Position numbers and translations under genes: made by a program. Shown in pieces: positions 41,508 through 51,027 of a DNA stretch of 64,000 nt. How positions within the stretch are numbered: position 1 is the stretch's first letter; each line of letters starts with the position of its first letter. The stretch lies in the sequence record LC494302.1; one strand, written 5' to 3'. The notes beneath the pieces were generated by a model. The model did no database searches. It was not told the origin of the DNA and saw nothing but the letters and a program-made list of their open reading frames with translations.

Positions 41508-41983
41508 ATATCAACCATATTTAATTTACCGTCCTTAATCAGCTTTCTAGCTTGCTTTACACGAGCAGTAGTGTTACTACCAGGGACAACTCCTAACCCT
41601 TCCAGAATCGCGTTTTGCTGTGTTGCTGGAAGCCTTTTAAACTTATTAACATCCACAGTTAGTGCAGTGTGATGTATAACTTGTTCATCGTCAGGAATGC
41701 TGTTATTACGCTCTAAGTAATCAGCAAGATTTCTGAGTACCTCATATAATGGTTTATCAGTTAAGTGCTTCATATATCGATTGAAGCTGTTTTGTACCTT
41801 TCCTTCCCAAGCATTGACTTCATTTTGAAGAACTTGTCTACAATGTTGGTTACCATAGTGGTAGTGATCCAGTACTGGTTTAGTTATTGGTTCTTTAATT
41901 ATAGGATCTATTCCATTTTGTTTCTTTAGCAATTCGTTTCGATAGTTTGCAGCATCCTTACTATCTTTTAATCTTTTTTTCAT
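41492..41983 (-). CDS. Endonuclease VII-like Holliday junction resolvase (gp49)
   Basis: QNG...LDH.H...R.VL...NAWEGK catalytic pattern, followed by L.NL..YL and a C-terminal helical domain as in T4 gp49. Confidence 0.8.
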   Translation of the reverse strand: MKKRLKDSKDAANYRNELLKKQNGIDPIIKEPITKPVLDHYHYGNQHCRQVLQNEVNAWEGKVQNSFNRYMKHLTDKPLYEVLRNLADYLERNNSIPDDEQVIHHTALTVDVNKFKRLPATQQNAILEGLGVVPGSNTTARVKQARKLIKDGKLNMVDIKKGS

Positions 41984-42013
41984 AATTCCTCACCAAACTA
42001 TTTGTTATCAAAA

Positions 42014-42021
42014 TATTTATA
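42014..42021 (-). promoter_or_regulatory. Late promoter TATAAATA (endonuclease VII)
   Basis: Exact consensus. Confidence 0.75.
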
Positions 42022-42075
42022 GATTAGTTATTTGCAATATTTTAAGTACTTAATGAATATTTTTATAAAAATAGT

Positions 42076-42103
42076 GAGACAACTTTAAAGTTTGTGCTAT
42101 AAT
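42076..42103 (+). promoter_or_regulatory. Promoter GAGACA-N16-TATAAT with extended -10, facing an ORF-free region
   Basis: gagaca actttaaagtttgTGc TATAAT; same architecture as the clpA, gp55, dsbA and clamp promoters. Confidence 0.75.
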
Positions 42104-42104
42104 G

Positions 42105-42608
42105 TTTGTTGTAGTAATGACAATCCTGTTGAATGCAGAAATGCATATAAATTAGAACCTGATCCTATCGAAAATGTAGATGGCAGATGAGCAGTTCAAC
42201 AGTGCGATGAGCAAAAGAAACCCGTTAGATGTGGGCATAGTTTGAACCCCTCACGGCAATGCGGCTCAATAAAGAACTCCGATAAGCATACAGAGAGTTC
42301 CTAGATAGACATATAAGGATCGCACCTTACCAGATTTGCTAAGGGAGTTTATTAAGTGATTTTAATAAACAGCCTGAAGTTTGATTGTATAGACTTTCAG
42401 GTGAGTGTCAGGATGATTAAGACTGACGACCGTTGCACATGACTGCGATAGAGAGAAACAGAGCAACCCGCTTTCGTTCTTAATATATTTTTAAGAAATT
42501 CGCAATACAATAAATGCTGAAACCATCAGCGTCAAGAAATAGAGACTTCATTGTCTCTTTTTTATTGTCTTCATTCCCCTGCGGGGGGATGAAAATGTCC
42601 TCAACAAA
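42105..42608 (+). ncRNA. Candidate large structured non-coding RNA (~460-500 nt), family not recognised
   Basis: No ORF of 60 aa or more; visibly less AT-rich than its flanks; at least ten helices found by eye; candidate pseudoknot; upstream promoter; terminator-like hairpin at 42541-42563. No folding or Rfam search was run. Confidence 0.6.
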
Positions 42609-42782
42609 TCCCGTCAAGTATTAAATCTTTTAAAGTTCTTTATAATTAATTTAATTAAATGAATATGAGTTACGTAGTAACGAATATTCTTCAGCTAACG
42701 AATGAAATGAGTTAGATGAATCCAATAATATTAAAATTAATCCTTTCATAATTCAATTCAAATAATTCTGTAGTTTAAAACC

Positions 42783-42807
42783 AAAAAAACCAGCAACAAT
42801 GTGCTGG
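42783..42807 (-). terminator. Intrinsic terminator for the gp26 operon
   Basis: Minus strand reads ccagca-cattgt-tgctgg-ttttttt. Confidence 0.7.
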
Positions 42808-42818
42808 CTATATGAAAA

Positions 42819-43028
42819 TTAGTGCTTCTCGTTTTGTTTTTTAATTTTTTTATTAAAAGACTTAACTAATAAGTCTCTATCTATTAATGGCATATTAAGG
42901 AGTGTTCCATAGTCAATGTTATCCATATATACAGAACATTCCATTAGTGCATTTTTGATTTCTGACTTATTCAGTTCTATCTCCTTCAGTACTTCTTGTA
43001 TTTCTTCAGGAGATGACTGGAGAAGCAT
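42819..43028 (-). CDS. Small baseplate-assembly-associated protein
   Basis: 69 aa, translationally coupled to the gp26-like gene (TAATG overlap). Confidence 0.55.
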   Translation of the reverse strand: MLLQSSPEEIQEVLKEIELNKSEIKNALMECSVYMDNIDYGTLLNMPLIDRDLLVKSFNKKIKKQNEKH

Positions 43029-43864
43029 TACTCGAAAAAATGACTAGGATCATATTTTAGTCCATCAATTTCCCATTGATGATTACATCCATCACATTCT
43101 ACTTCCATACTATGAGATACACCAATTTCAAGTACTTCATCCATTTTTTCACGAATTAGTTTAAGTACTCCCTTCGATTGTTGTCCAAGCCATTCATTAA
43201 TAAATTCTTTTTCAACTACTTCATCACCATCTGGTGTTATAATTTTTGCAATAACTCCACCAATCATATCGAAGTTAAGTTGAGCCATGTTTTCAAATAC
43301 TTCAGAAAATATTTTTACTTTTTCATCTTTATCAATATCAGCAGTTTCAAGAAACTTAGTCTTCTGCTGCTCACTGAACATGCGTTCAGCAAACGATGAA
43401 TATTCTTTCCATGTCAGTGGTCTAAATTCTAAACGTAGTCCATTATCTAAATCAATTGATGGGATTTCTTCAAATGCTTGTGCAGTTTCAAGAAGATATG
43501 ATAGATTACGTTCAAATCGACCTTCTTTTTCACATTCAGGACATACAACGTTAATATCATATGTTTCTTCTTTAGAAGCAACTTTAATAGCAATAAGAAG
43601 CATTTCAACGTCATTTACATACAACTCATCAGCGTCAATTACATTAGGAACACAGTTTTCAATAACACGGGATACTGCATCTCCGTTTAGTAACATATCG
43701 GGGGTATTAAGTGTCATTTCATCACGTGCACTACGTGCACAAACTCCACATTTGACACCTTTTGGACCTAGAACTCCTTCTTTATAAGGAATAACGCCGT
43801 TTGTAACTAACTTAGTACTGATCTCTTCAATTTTAGTGTACTTAGCAAGTGGATTCATAGCCAT
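43028..43864 (-). CDS. Baseplate hub assembly protein (T4 gp26-like)
   Basis: Two CxxC motifs (CPEC, CDGC); DVEMLLIAIKVAS; divergent from the tape measure gene. Confidence 0.7.
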   Translation of the reverse strand: MAMNPLAKYTKIEEISTKLVTNGVIPYKEGVLGPKGVKCGVCARSARDEMTLNTPDMLLNGDAVSRVIENCVPNVIDADELYVNDVEMLLIAIKVASKEETYDINVVCPECEKEGRFERNLSYLLETAQAFEEIPSIDLDNGLRLEFRPLTWKEYSSFAERMFSEQQKTKFLETADIDKDEKVKIFSEVFENMAQLNFDMIGGVIAKIITPDGDEVVEKEFINEWLGQQSKGVLKLIREKMDEVLEIGVSHSMEVECDGCNHQWEIDGLKYDPSHFFE

Positions 43865-43898
43865 TTTATTAAATCTCCATGTAATAAATGTGTTTTAG

Positions 43899-43962
43899 TA
43901 TTTATAAGACTAAAAAAGATTAAATTAAACTAATTTTTATATTCTCTATAGTTTCATAAATA
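43899..43962. promoter_or_regulatory. Divergent late promoters (TATAAATA on - at 43899-43906; CATAAATA on + at 43955-43962)
   Basis: Consensus matches face the gp26 and tape measure genes. Confidence 0.7.
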
Positions 43963-43994
43963 TTTCTATAATACATCTATTAAAAGGGAATGTT

Positions 43995-46199
43995 ATGGCT
44001 GGAAATACAAGTGATTACCTACTCCAGCAGTTGGTTAATCAAACTAAAGATAACAACGATAGTTTGAGTGCTATTCGTGAGTTATTGGCTGAAAATATAA
44101 AAAATGATAGAAAGAAATCCGGTTCTAAAAGTGGAAAACGTAATGGAAGTAATTCATCAAGTACTGGAAACCGTGGCTCTCGAACAAATAACAAAGCTGA
44201 TGATGGTAAAGAATTTGGAAAAATATTCAAATCATTATCATCTGAAGTATCGAATGTCGGCAAAACTATGATGAGTACGTCTGCAAACGTTAGCAATGTT
44301 GTAAACTCACTAGGAATGAGTGCATCTTCATTTGCTGGTTCATTAGCAATGATCCCAGGTCCAGTTGGTGCAGCAGCATCTGCATTCAAATTGGTCGCTG
44401 ACGCTGGTTTAGCAGTTTATAATGTGTTAAATGCACAGCTTGAAGTTTATAATAGAATAAACAGTGCTGGTGTCGCTCTATCTGAAGGTTACGGCTCCAT
44501 ATTAAAAGGTGCTGGTGCATCAATGATGAGTATTGATGCATTTGGTGAAGCATTACAAACTCATAGTGCCGTTGTTGCACAATTAGATGGTGCATATGGT
44601 GATGGTGTTTCTACATTTGGTAAATTATTGGGTACTGTGCAACAAGCACAAAATCAATTAGGTTTATATGGTGTTTCTCAAAAAACATTAACTGATTTAA
44701 CTGCACGTAATATTAAATTCCAAAAGCAATTTGGTGGAAGAGAAATGTTACGTAGTATGGATCAAGCAAAAAGTACTGAACAGTTTATCATGAGTATGAC
44801 TAAGTTCAGTAAAAGTATGGGTGAGTCAGTTGATGCACTATTAAATAAAACACAAAACTTAGATAAATCATTAGACACACGTTCAATGCAAATCGCATTA
44901 CAAAACTATTCTGGATTATCTAGTAAAGCAGCAGTTGCAACATCAAAAGCATTTAACGAAGCTGCTGCCAGTATGGGTGATGCTGGTGCAGATTTTCTAC
45001 GTTTAATTTCACATCGTTTAACTATTGGTGGAGTACCAGATGATTTATTGACTCCAGTACTGAACCAATTTGCTGATTTAGGTGAGAACTTGGTACGTAG
45101 TGGTGTTACTGATTCACAAGAAATTCGCCGTCAACAATTGGAATTTGTTAAAAAGAACAAAGAACTAATAAAGCAAGATTTATTAAATCAGATACAATTA
45201 GGAAACACTACGGCAGCAACCTTCAACCAACAACTACTTGATATGGAAGCTGCGATTAATGATCCTAAGAGTCAACCAGCAGATAAACTAACACAATTCA
45301 CTGATAGATTCAATAGATGGATTAGTAAAGAATTTACTGAACCATTTAATAAAATGTATGCAGATACACAAAATTCTATTGCGGATTACCTTACTGATAT
45401 TGCAGACCGTACTGATGGTGCATGGGAATTTATCGGAGAGTTAGCACTTGATGGTTTTGGTTTGGTTCCTATTGCGAAAGATGCAGTTGCGTATTTGGAT
45501 AGGATTGGTGGTGAGTTTGAGCAGTGGTTAGAAGGGTTAGGTACTGAAATTTTTGGTAGTGGATATAATAAAGTTTCAGAAGCATTTGATAGCTTTATGA
45601 ATAACCTAATGGATCTTCCTGGTAAACTTTGGGATTCTGTTAAAGGTTGGTTTGGTGGATCAGACGACAAAGTAAAAGTAGAAAACAATTCTGTTACCGA
45701 TGGTGCAGAAAAAGTTAATAATTATTTTGAAGAAAAAATGAATTCATTTGGTGATTATATTTCTAGTTCATTTGATGGTTTTTTAAAATGGAATTCAAGT
45801 AGAAACTTTAAACAACCAAAACCCCTTGATGAATCAGTTGCTGAAAAACTTATTAGTAGTGGTCTTGAAAATAAGCCAAGAGCAACTGCGAGAATCGAAA
45901 AATCTGAACATGTTGCACCATATGTTACCATAACTCCAAAAACTTTTGATAAATCAGCATGGGGTCCAAATGAACCACCAATTCAAGCTGAACCGGACGA
46001 TTATGAGGCCATGAAAGCGATGATAAATAGTGGTAGTAGTATGGCAAATGCTAATAATAATGCCACAATATCAGAAGACATGAAAGAGTTACTTAAAAAA
46101 CTTGCTGATGTTAATGAGCAATCTCTATCTGCCGTGCAACAGACAAATAACTATCTAAGAACTATCTCTGAAAACACTCAAGGTGAGAGAAACAGTTAA
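43995..46199 (+). CDS. Tape measure / tail length determinant (gp29-like)
   Basis: 734 aa, alpha-helical A/G/S/Q-rich composition, central W/F-rich repeats, upstream of the portal gene. Confidence 0.7.
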   Translation: MAGNTSDYLLQQLVNQTKDNNDSLSAIRELLAENIKNDRKKSGSKSGKRNGSNSSSTGNRGSRTNNKADDGKEFGKIFKSLSSEVSNVGKTMMSTSANVSNVVNSLGMSASSFAGSLAMIPGPVGAAASAFKLVADAGLAVYNVLNAQLEVYNRINSAGVALSEGYGSILKGAGASMMSIDAFGEALQTHSAVVAQLDGAYGDGVSTFGKLLGTVQQAQNQLGLYGVSQKTLTDLTARNIKFQKQFGGREMLRSMDQAKSTEQFIMSMTKFSKSMGESVDALLNKTQNLDKSLDTRSMQIALQNYSGLSSKAAVATSKAFNEAAASMGDAGADFLRLISHRLTIGGVPDDLLTPVLNQFADLGENLVRSGVTDSQEIRRQQLEFVKKNKELIKQDLLNQIQLGNTTAATFNQQLLDMEAAINDPKSQPADKLTQFTDRFNRWISKEFTEPFNKMYADTQNSIADYLTDIADRTDGAWEFIGELALDGFGLVPIAKDAVAYLDRIGGEFEQWLEGLGTEIFGSGYNKVSEAFDSFMNNLMDLPGKLWDSVKGWFGGSDDKVKVENNSVTDGAEKVNNYFEEKMNSFGDYISSSFDGFLKWNSSRNFKQPKPLDESVAEKLISSGLENKPRATARIEKSEHVAPYVTITPKTFDKSAWGPNEPPIQAEPDDYEAMKAMINSGSSMANANNNATISEDMKELLKKLADVNEQSLSAVQQTNNYLRTISENTQGERNS

Positions 46200-46210
46200 G
46201 GACGAAAATA

Positions 46211-47950
46211 ATGAGTTGGAAACGACATATGACAGTGGGAAGGTCTAAACTATCGACCATCCCGAATCAGTCCAGTAATAGCAATAAATCAACAGGAACG
46301 AAAACAAATTTCGCTTCCTATCTTCCTGTTGTATATAATGGATTGGCAAACCGTACTGAGCGTTATAGTCAGTATGAGCAAATGGACCAAGATCCTGAAA
46401 TTAGAACTGCATTGAATATAATTGCTGACTTTTGTACCCAAAGTACTGAAGATTTTGGTTTACCATATAAAATCAAATATAAAGATGATATTGGTGATAC
46501 TGAAGTAACTACTATTGAAGATCGTTTAGATGCATGGACTGAACAAAATGATTTTAAAACACGAATGTATGAAATTGTGCGTGGTCTTCTGAAATATGGT
46601 GATCAATTTTTCATTCGAGATCCAGAAACATTCGATTGGTATTGGGTAAGTCCCAAAAATGTTGAGCAAGTATTTGTTAACGAAGCCACTGGTAAAACAC
46701 CAGTAATTTATTATATACGTGACGTATCATTAAATTTGAAAGATAAAGTTTTTAGTAACCTTCAAGTAGGATTTGATAAAACCGCTTATCCAGGAGCTAT
46801 TCCGACAACAATGGGTGGTGGTGGTTCAGTAGCTGCGGGTGGTGCATCTGGTTTTACAAGTCAAGGAAATACTGCTGATCCATTCAGTACTAACGGTCAA
46901 TTAGACGTTATTCCTGTTGGTGCAGAACACGTAATTCATCTAACGCTAAATACAGGACAAGATGGGGTATGGCCTTTTGGTACTAGTATACTTGAGGACG
47001 TATTTAAAGTCTATAAGCAAAAAGAACTTCTGGAAGATAGTATCATAATTTATCGTGTACAACGTGCACCTGAGCGTCGTGTATTTAAAATTGATGTTGG
47101 TGATATGCAAGCACACCAAGCGATGGCTTATGTTGAAAGATTTAAAAATGAAATCCACCAGCGTAGAATACCTTCAAACAAAGGTGGAAGTACTTCACTA
47201 ATGGATGCAGCGTATAATCCATTAAGCATTTTAGAAGACTACTTTTTCCCACAAACTTCTGAAGGTCGTGGTTCAGATGTTCAAACATTACCAGGCGGTG
47301 ATAACTTAGGACAAATTGATGACTTACGTTATTTCAATAATAAATTGATTCGTGGTCTTCAAATACCAGCTTCATATCTACCACAAGGTCCAGATGATGG
47401 TGGTGTTTCATTATTTGGTGATGGTGCTACACAAGCTATGGCAAGTGAATTGCGATTCAATAATCAATGTATGCGTTATCAACGTTTAGTTGCAAAACAT
47501 TTTGATGCTGAATTCAAAAGATTTATGGTTAAAAATGGATATAACATTAGTACTTCATCTTTTGAAGTTATTATGAATCCACCTATTAACTTAGCTTCTT
47601 ATCGTAAAGCTGAACTAGATGCTAAACTAATTAATACATATCTTCCTCTTAATGACTTGCCTTATATGGCGAAACAAACAATTCTTGAAAAAATGGGCTT
47701 TTCTAAAGCTGATATTGTTAAGAATGAACAAATGTGGTTACAAGAGAATCCACAAGATGGTTCCCAACCTTCTGGTGGTGAAGAAGATTCCGCAGGATTG
47801 CAGTCTGTTGGTATTGATGCTCCAAATGATCCTGGAATGGATCTTGGTATTGATGGAGAAGGTAATTTGGAAAGTGCTGATGCCGAATACCAAGAGCAAC
47901 AGAGTGGAAGTGGTGGTTTCGACCCTAATAATTTAGGCAATTCTTTTTAA
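46211..47950 (+). CDS. Portal protein (T4 gp20-like)
   Basis: LLEDSIIIYRVQRAPERRVFKIDVG and EDYFFPQ...RGSDVQTLPGG are gp20 signatures. Confidence 0.95.
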   Translation: MSWKRHMTVGRSKLSTIPNQSSNSNKSTGTKTNFASYLPVVYNGLANRTERYSQYEQMDQDPEIRTALNIIADFCTQSTEDFGLPYKIKYKDDIGDTEVTTIEDRLDAWTEQNDFKTRMYEIVRGLLKYGDQFFIRDPETFDWYWVSPKNVEQVFVNEATGKTPVIYYIRDVSLNLKDKVFSNLQVGFDKTAYPGAIPTTMGGGGSVAAGGASGFTSQGNTADPFSTNGQLDVIPVGAEHVIHLTLNTGQDGVWPFGTSILEDVFKVYKQKELLEDSIIIYRVQRAPERRVFKIDVGDMQAHQAMAYVERFKNEIHQRRIPSNKGGSTSLMDAAYNPLSILEDYFFPQTSEGRGSDVQTLPGGDNLGQIDDLRYFNNKLIRGLQIPASYLPQGPDDGGVSLFGDGATQAMASELRFNNQCMRYQRLVAKHFDAEFKRFMVKNGYNISTSSFEVIMNPPINLASYRKAELDAKLINTYLPLNDLPYMAKQTILEKMGFSKADIVKNEQMWLQENPQDGSQPSGGEEDSAGLQSVGIDAPNDPGMDLGIDGEGNLESADAEYQEQQSGSGGFDPNNLGNSF

Positions 47951-48023
47951 ACATAAATAACAGTGTATAAGAATGAGGGTTTATTTTTACCCTCATTTAT
48001 AATGCATATTTCAAGGAGATCAA

Positions 48024-48251
48024 ATGTTAAAGGACATCTTTGAATCTAGCAGTGATTCAATGTACGACCCTGAAGATGATCAGAACGTATATAAAATTAC
48101 TGATTCCAGAAAACCGAAACTAACATTACAAGTATTAAACAACTTAAGAAAGTACCGTGAATTTAAAGCACATGAAGAACAACGCCGCAAAAATGTGGTT
48201 GCAGTTGTTTATGCCGCTGCACCAACTGGTGACGGTTCTGGGTTAATGTAA
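48024..48251 (+). CDS. Small prohead core protein
   Basis: 75 aa with an AAGGAG RBS; late promoter CATAAATA at 47952-47959; gp68/gp67-like position. Confidence 0.55.
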   Translation: MLKDIFESSSDSMYDPEDDQNVYKITDSRKPKLTLQVLNNLRKYREFKAHEEQRRKNVVAVVYAAAPTGDGSGLM

Positions 48252-48352
48252 ATCGAAAATCGCACTTTTTAAAGCTTTTAAAAAAGGCGATTTTATTCAG
48301 TACTAAATAATATCATACTTTATACGAATGTAATATATCTATGGAGGATATA

Positions 48353-49201
48353 ATGGCGAATTTAAAACTACTACAAGAAGCAATTGCGGCGTTTGCAAAT
48401 GGCGAACAAGATATTGCTGATAAAAAAATGCGTAAGTATTTCGTTGAGCAAGCTCAAGAAATTAACAAACAACTAGAAGAAAGCATGGAAGATGAAGACG
48501 ACGATGAAGATTGTGAAGTCGAAGTTAAAGTCAAAGATGAAGAAAAGCTTGACGAAGATTTTGATGTACAACCAGACGAAGGTCTAAATGCTGAAATCGA
48601 ATACACCCTTGGTGAAGAAGATGAAAGTGCAGAAGAAGAAGTTGAATTCTCTGCTGATGCAGATGGTGACGGTGAAGACGATGTTGACGTTGAAGTGAAA
48701 GCTGATGCTGATGTTCCTTCCGAAGACCAATGGGAATCAATCCAAGATGCTTTCCGTGGCCTACAACAAATGTTTGATGAAATCGGTGACGGTGAAGTTG
48801 ATCTAGATTCTGAAGAAGAAGTAGAAGATAGCGAAGAAGAAGTTGGTGTTGACGGTGACGACGAATTTGCTGATGTTGAATTCGGCGATGAAAAATTCGG
48901 TGAATCCTTCAAACTAGAAAAAGTTGCTCCAGTTGATAAGAAAGAAAAAGCTGGCACTCATTCCAAATCTCCAGTAGCACCAGAAGCTAAATCTCCAGTA
49001 GCAGGAGCAGAGCCAGTTAAATTCGCTAAGAAAACTGACCAAGCACCACTACTAGACCTAGATGATAAATCTGTTCTACCAAAAGATAGCCTAGATCTTG
49101 GTAAAAATGCTCGCGGTGAAATGAAAGATGTTAAAGCACCAAAAACTACTGCATCTAATTCTAAATCACCACTAAGCAAAGCACAACCTAAACTAAAATA
49201 A
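48353..49201 (+). CDS. Highly acidic prohead core/internal protein
   Basis: D/E-rich middle and basic KSP-repeat tail; GGAG RBS before the ATG at 48353; lies between portal and protease. Confidence 0.7.
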   Translation: MANLKLLQEAIAAFANGEQDIADKKMRKYFVEQAQEINKQLEESMEDEDDDEDCEVEVKVKDEEKLDEDFDVQPDEGLNAEIEYTLGEEDESAEEEVEFSADADGDGEDDVDVEVKADADVPSEDQWESIQDAFRGLQQMFDEIGDGEVDLDSEEEVEDSEEEVGVDGDDEFADVEFGDEKFGESFKLEKVAPVDKKEKAGTHSKSPVAPEAKSPVAGAEPVKFAKKTDQAPLLDLDDKSVLPKDSLDLGKNARGEMKDVKAPKTTASNSKSPLSKAQPKLK

Positions 49202-49221
49202 ATATCTGAAAGGAGATCATT

Positions 49222-49845
49222 ATGAGTAGTATGATTCGTGAATGGTCTTCATTCAATGATTCTAAAGTTGTTTTGGAACATCGTGATAATGGATTTGGTG
49301 GGCGTGACTGCTATCTTCGTGGTATTGCTATTCAAGCCGACCAACGAAATTTGAACGAGAGAATTTACCCTTTATCTGAAATTACAAGGGCAGTAAATAA
49401 CATGAACCAGCGTTTAGCTAAAGGTGAAAGCATTCTTGTTGAATGTGACCATCCAGAAACACTAACTATTAACCTAGACCGTGTAGCAGCAATGATTACT
49501 AAGGTTTGGATGGAAGGTGCTAATGGTATGGCAGAAATCAAACTACTTGATACTGCACATGGTCAGAATATCCGTAAAATGCTAGAGGCTGGTGTAAAAC
49601 TTGGTGTAAGTTCTCGCGGTTCCGGTAACGTTGATTATAATGGAATAGTTTCTGATTTTGAAATTATCACTATTGATATTGTTGCTCAACCTAGTGCTCC
49701 AGAAGCATACCCAACAGCGGTATTTGAATCTCTGATGAGTAAGTACGGATCACCTTGTAATAGTTCTAAAAAAATCACTGAATCTAAAAAAGTAAATAAT
49801 TTAGATTCTGAAATATACGATTTTTTCAAGAAATTAAAAGGTTAA
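49222..49845 (+). CDS. Prohead protease (T4 gp21-like)
   Basis: ECDHP, GVSSRGSG, TIDIVAQPSAP. Confidence 0.93.
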   Translation: MSSMIREWSSFNDSKVVLEHRDNGFGGRDCYLRGIAIQADQRNLNERIYPLSEITRAVNNMNQRLAKGESILVECDHPETLTINLDRVAAMITKVWMEGANGMAEIKLLDTAHGQNIRKMLEAGVKLGVSSRGSGNVDYNGIVSDFEIITIDIVAQPSAPEAYPTAVFESLMSKYGSPCNSSKKITESKKVNNLDSEIYDFFKKLKG

Positions 49846-49911
49846 CATTTTAAAAATATAAATATCTGTATGTTGAAGTACAGATATTTCAGTACTTAAA
49901 GGAGAGAACGA

Positions 49912-51027
49912 ATGTCTAAATTAGAAAAGCTTCTAAAAGAATCATCTCTTTCTGATGAGGCAAAACAGCTAATTCAGGAAGCATGGAATGAAGAAAAGAA
50001 TACACTAGCCGCAGAGATGCGTGAAGAAATGAAAGGCCGTTATCAGCAAGATTTGGCTGAACTAACCGAAGGTTTGAACACTATGGTTACTCAAGTCATT
50101 GCTGAAGAAATGGGTGCTGTATATGAAGAGAAAAAACGTCTCGTTGAAGATCGTGTAACTCTACGTAAAACACTAAGCAATTTCTCTGCGTTTTCAAACT
50201 CTGTTTTGGCTGAAGAAGTTAAACAAATGCGTAAAGAACGTAAGCATCTTCATGAATGCATGGGTAAATTCGTTAATTTTTCTAACGGTATCCTAGCAGA
50301 AGAGCTAAAAGAATTCCACACTGAAAAACGCCAACTAGTAGAAACTCGCGTTAAACTACTTGCTGAAGGTTCACGTCAAATTGCTGAAGCTCGTAATAAC
50401 TTCATCAAACGTACATCTGAAAGTGCTGCTAAATATATTGCAGAAACCACTCAGAAGAATCTATATGCGTTGAAACAAGATCTAGTGGAAGCAAAACAAA
50501 ATATGTTTGGTCGTAAAATCTTTGAAGCATTTGCTCAAGAGTTTAATGTCAAACAATTTAATGAAAACTCATTGCTACGTTCCCTAACTGAATCAATTAA
50601 ATCTAAAGAAGATGAAATTGCTCAAGTTAAGCAAGAACTACATGAAACTGCTAATGCCGTTAAAGCTGCTAAAACCAAACTACGTATTATGGAAGATGCA
50701 CAAGCACGTAATGCGATTATGTCTGAACTAGTAAAACCACTAACGGCACAGCAAAAACAAATTATGGAATCCCTTCTAGCTACTTCACCTACTGAAAAGC
50801 TTAAAGAAGATTTCAGCAAGTACCATAAGTCAGTACTTAACGGTACTAAAGTAAATGAATCTGCTACCACTCGTCAAGCAGTTCAGTCTTCCGCTAAGAA
50901 AACTCTTGCAGAAGGTAAAGTAATCACTGGCAACCGTCAGGCTATTGTTGAAAGCGAAGAAATGACCGCTGACGATATGGCATTCCTAAAAGAACTCGAT
51001 GTTCTTTCAGGTATCAATAAAAAATAA
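49912..51027 (+). CDS. Prohead core scaffold (T4 gp22-like)
   Basis: Coiled-coil, E/K-rich protein between protease and MCP; late promoter TATAAATA at 49857-49864. Confidence 0.85.
   Translation: MSKLEKLLKESSLSDEAKQLIQEAWNEEKNTLAAEMREEMKGRYQQDLAELTEGLNTMVTQVIAEEMGAVYEEKKRLVEDRVTLRKTLSNFSAFSNSVLAEEVKQMRKERKHLHECMGKFVNFSNGILAEELKEFHTEKRQLVETRVKLLAEGSRQIAEARNNFIKRTSESAAKYIAETTQKNLYALKQDLVEAKQNMFGRKIFEAFAQEFNVKQFNENSLLRSLTESIKSKEDEIAQVKQELHETANAVKAAKTKLRIMEDAQARNAIMSELVKPLTAQQKQIMESLLATSPTEKLKEDFSKYHKSVLNGTKVNESATTRQAVQSSAKKTLAEGKVITGNRQAIVESEEMTADDMAFLKELDVLSGINKK

Noticed and set aside
42180-42245. Micro-ORF MADEQFNSAMSKRNPLDVGIV and nearby GTTCAA, suggesting a tmRNA tag and T-loop
   Set aside because: No tRNA-like acceptor stem or 3' CCA, the T-arm does not pair properly, the peptide lacks the usual hydrophobic/AA degron end, and there is no RBS.
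42105-42608. Group I/II intron, RNase P or retron msr-msd interpretation of the structured region
   Set aside because: No P/Q/R/S cores, no domain V, no RNase P P4 motif, it does not interrupt a gene, and no reverse transcriptase is encoded in the window.
48256-48294. AT-rich inverted repeat aaaatcgc...gcgatttt between core genes
   Set aside because: Plausible terminator or processing hairpin, but it has no distinctive features and too little evidence to call a function.
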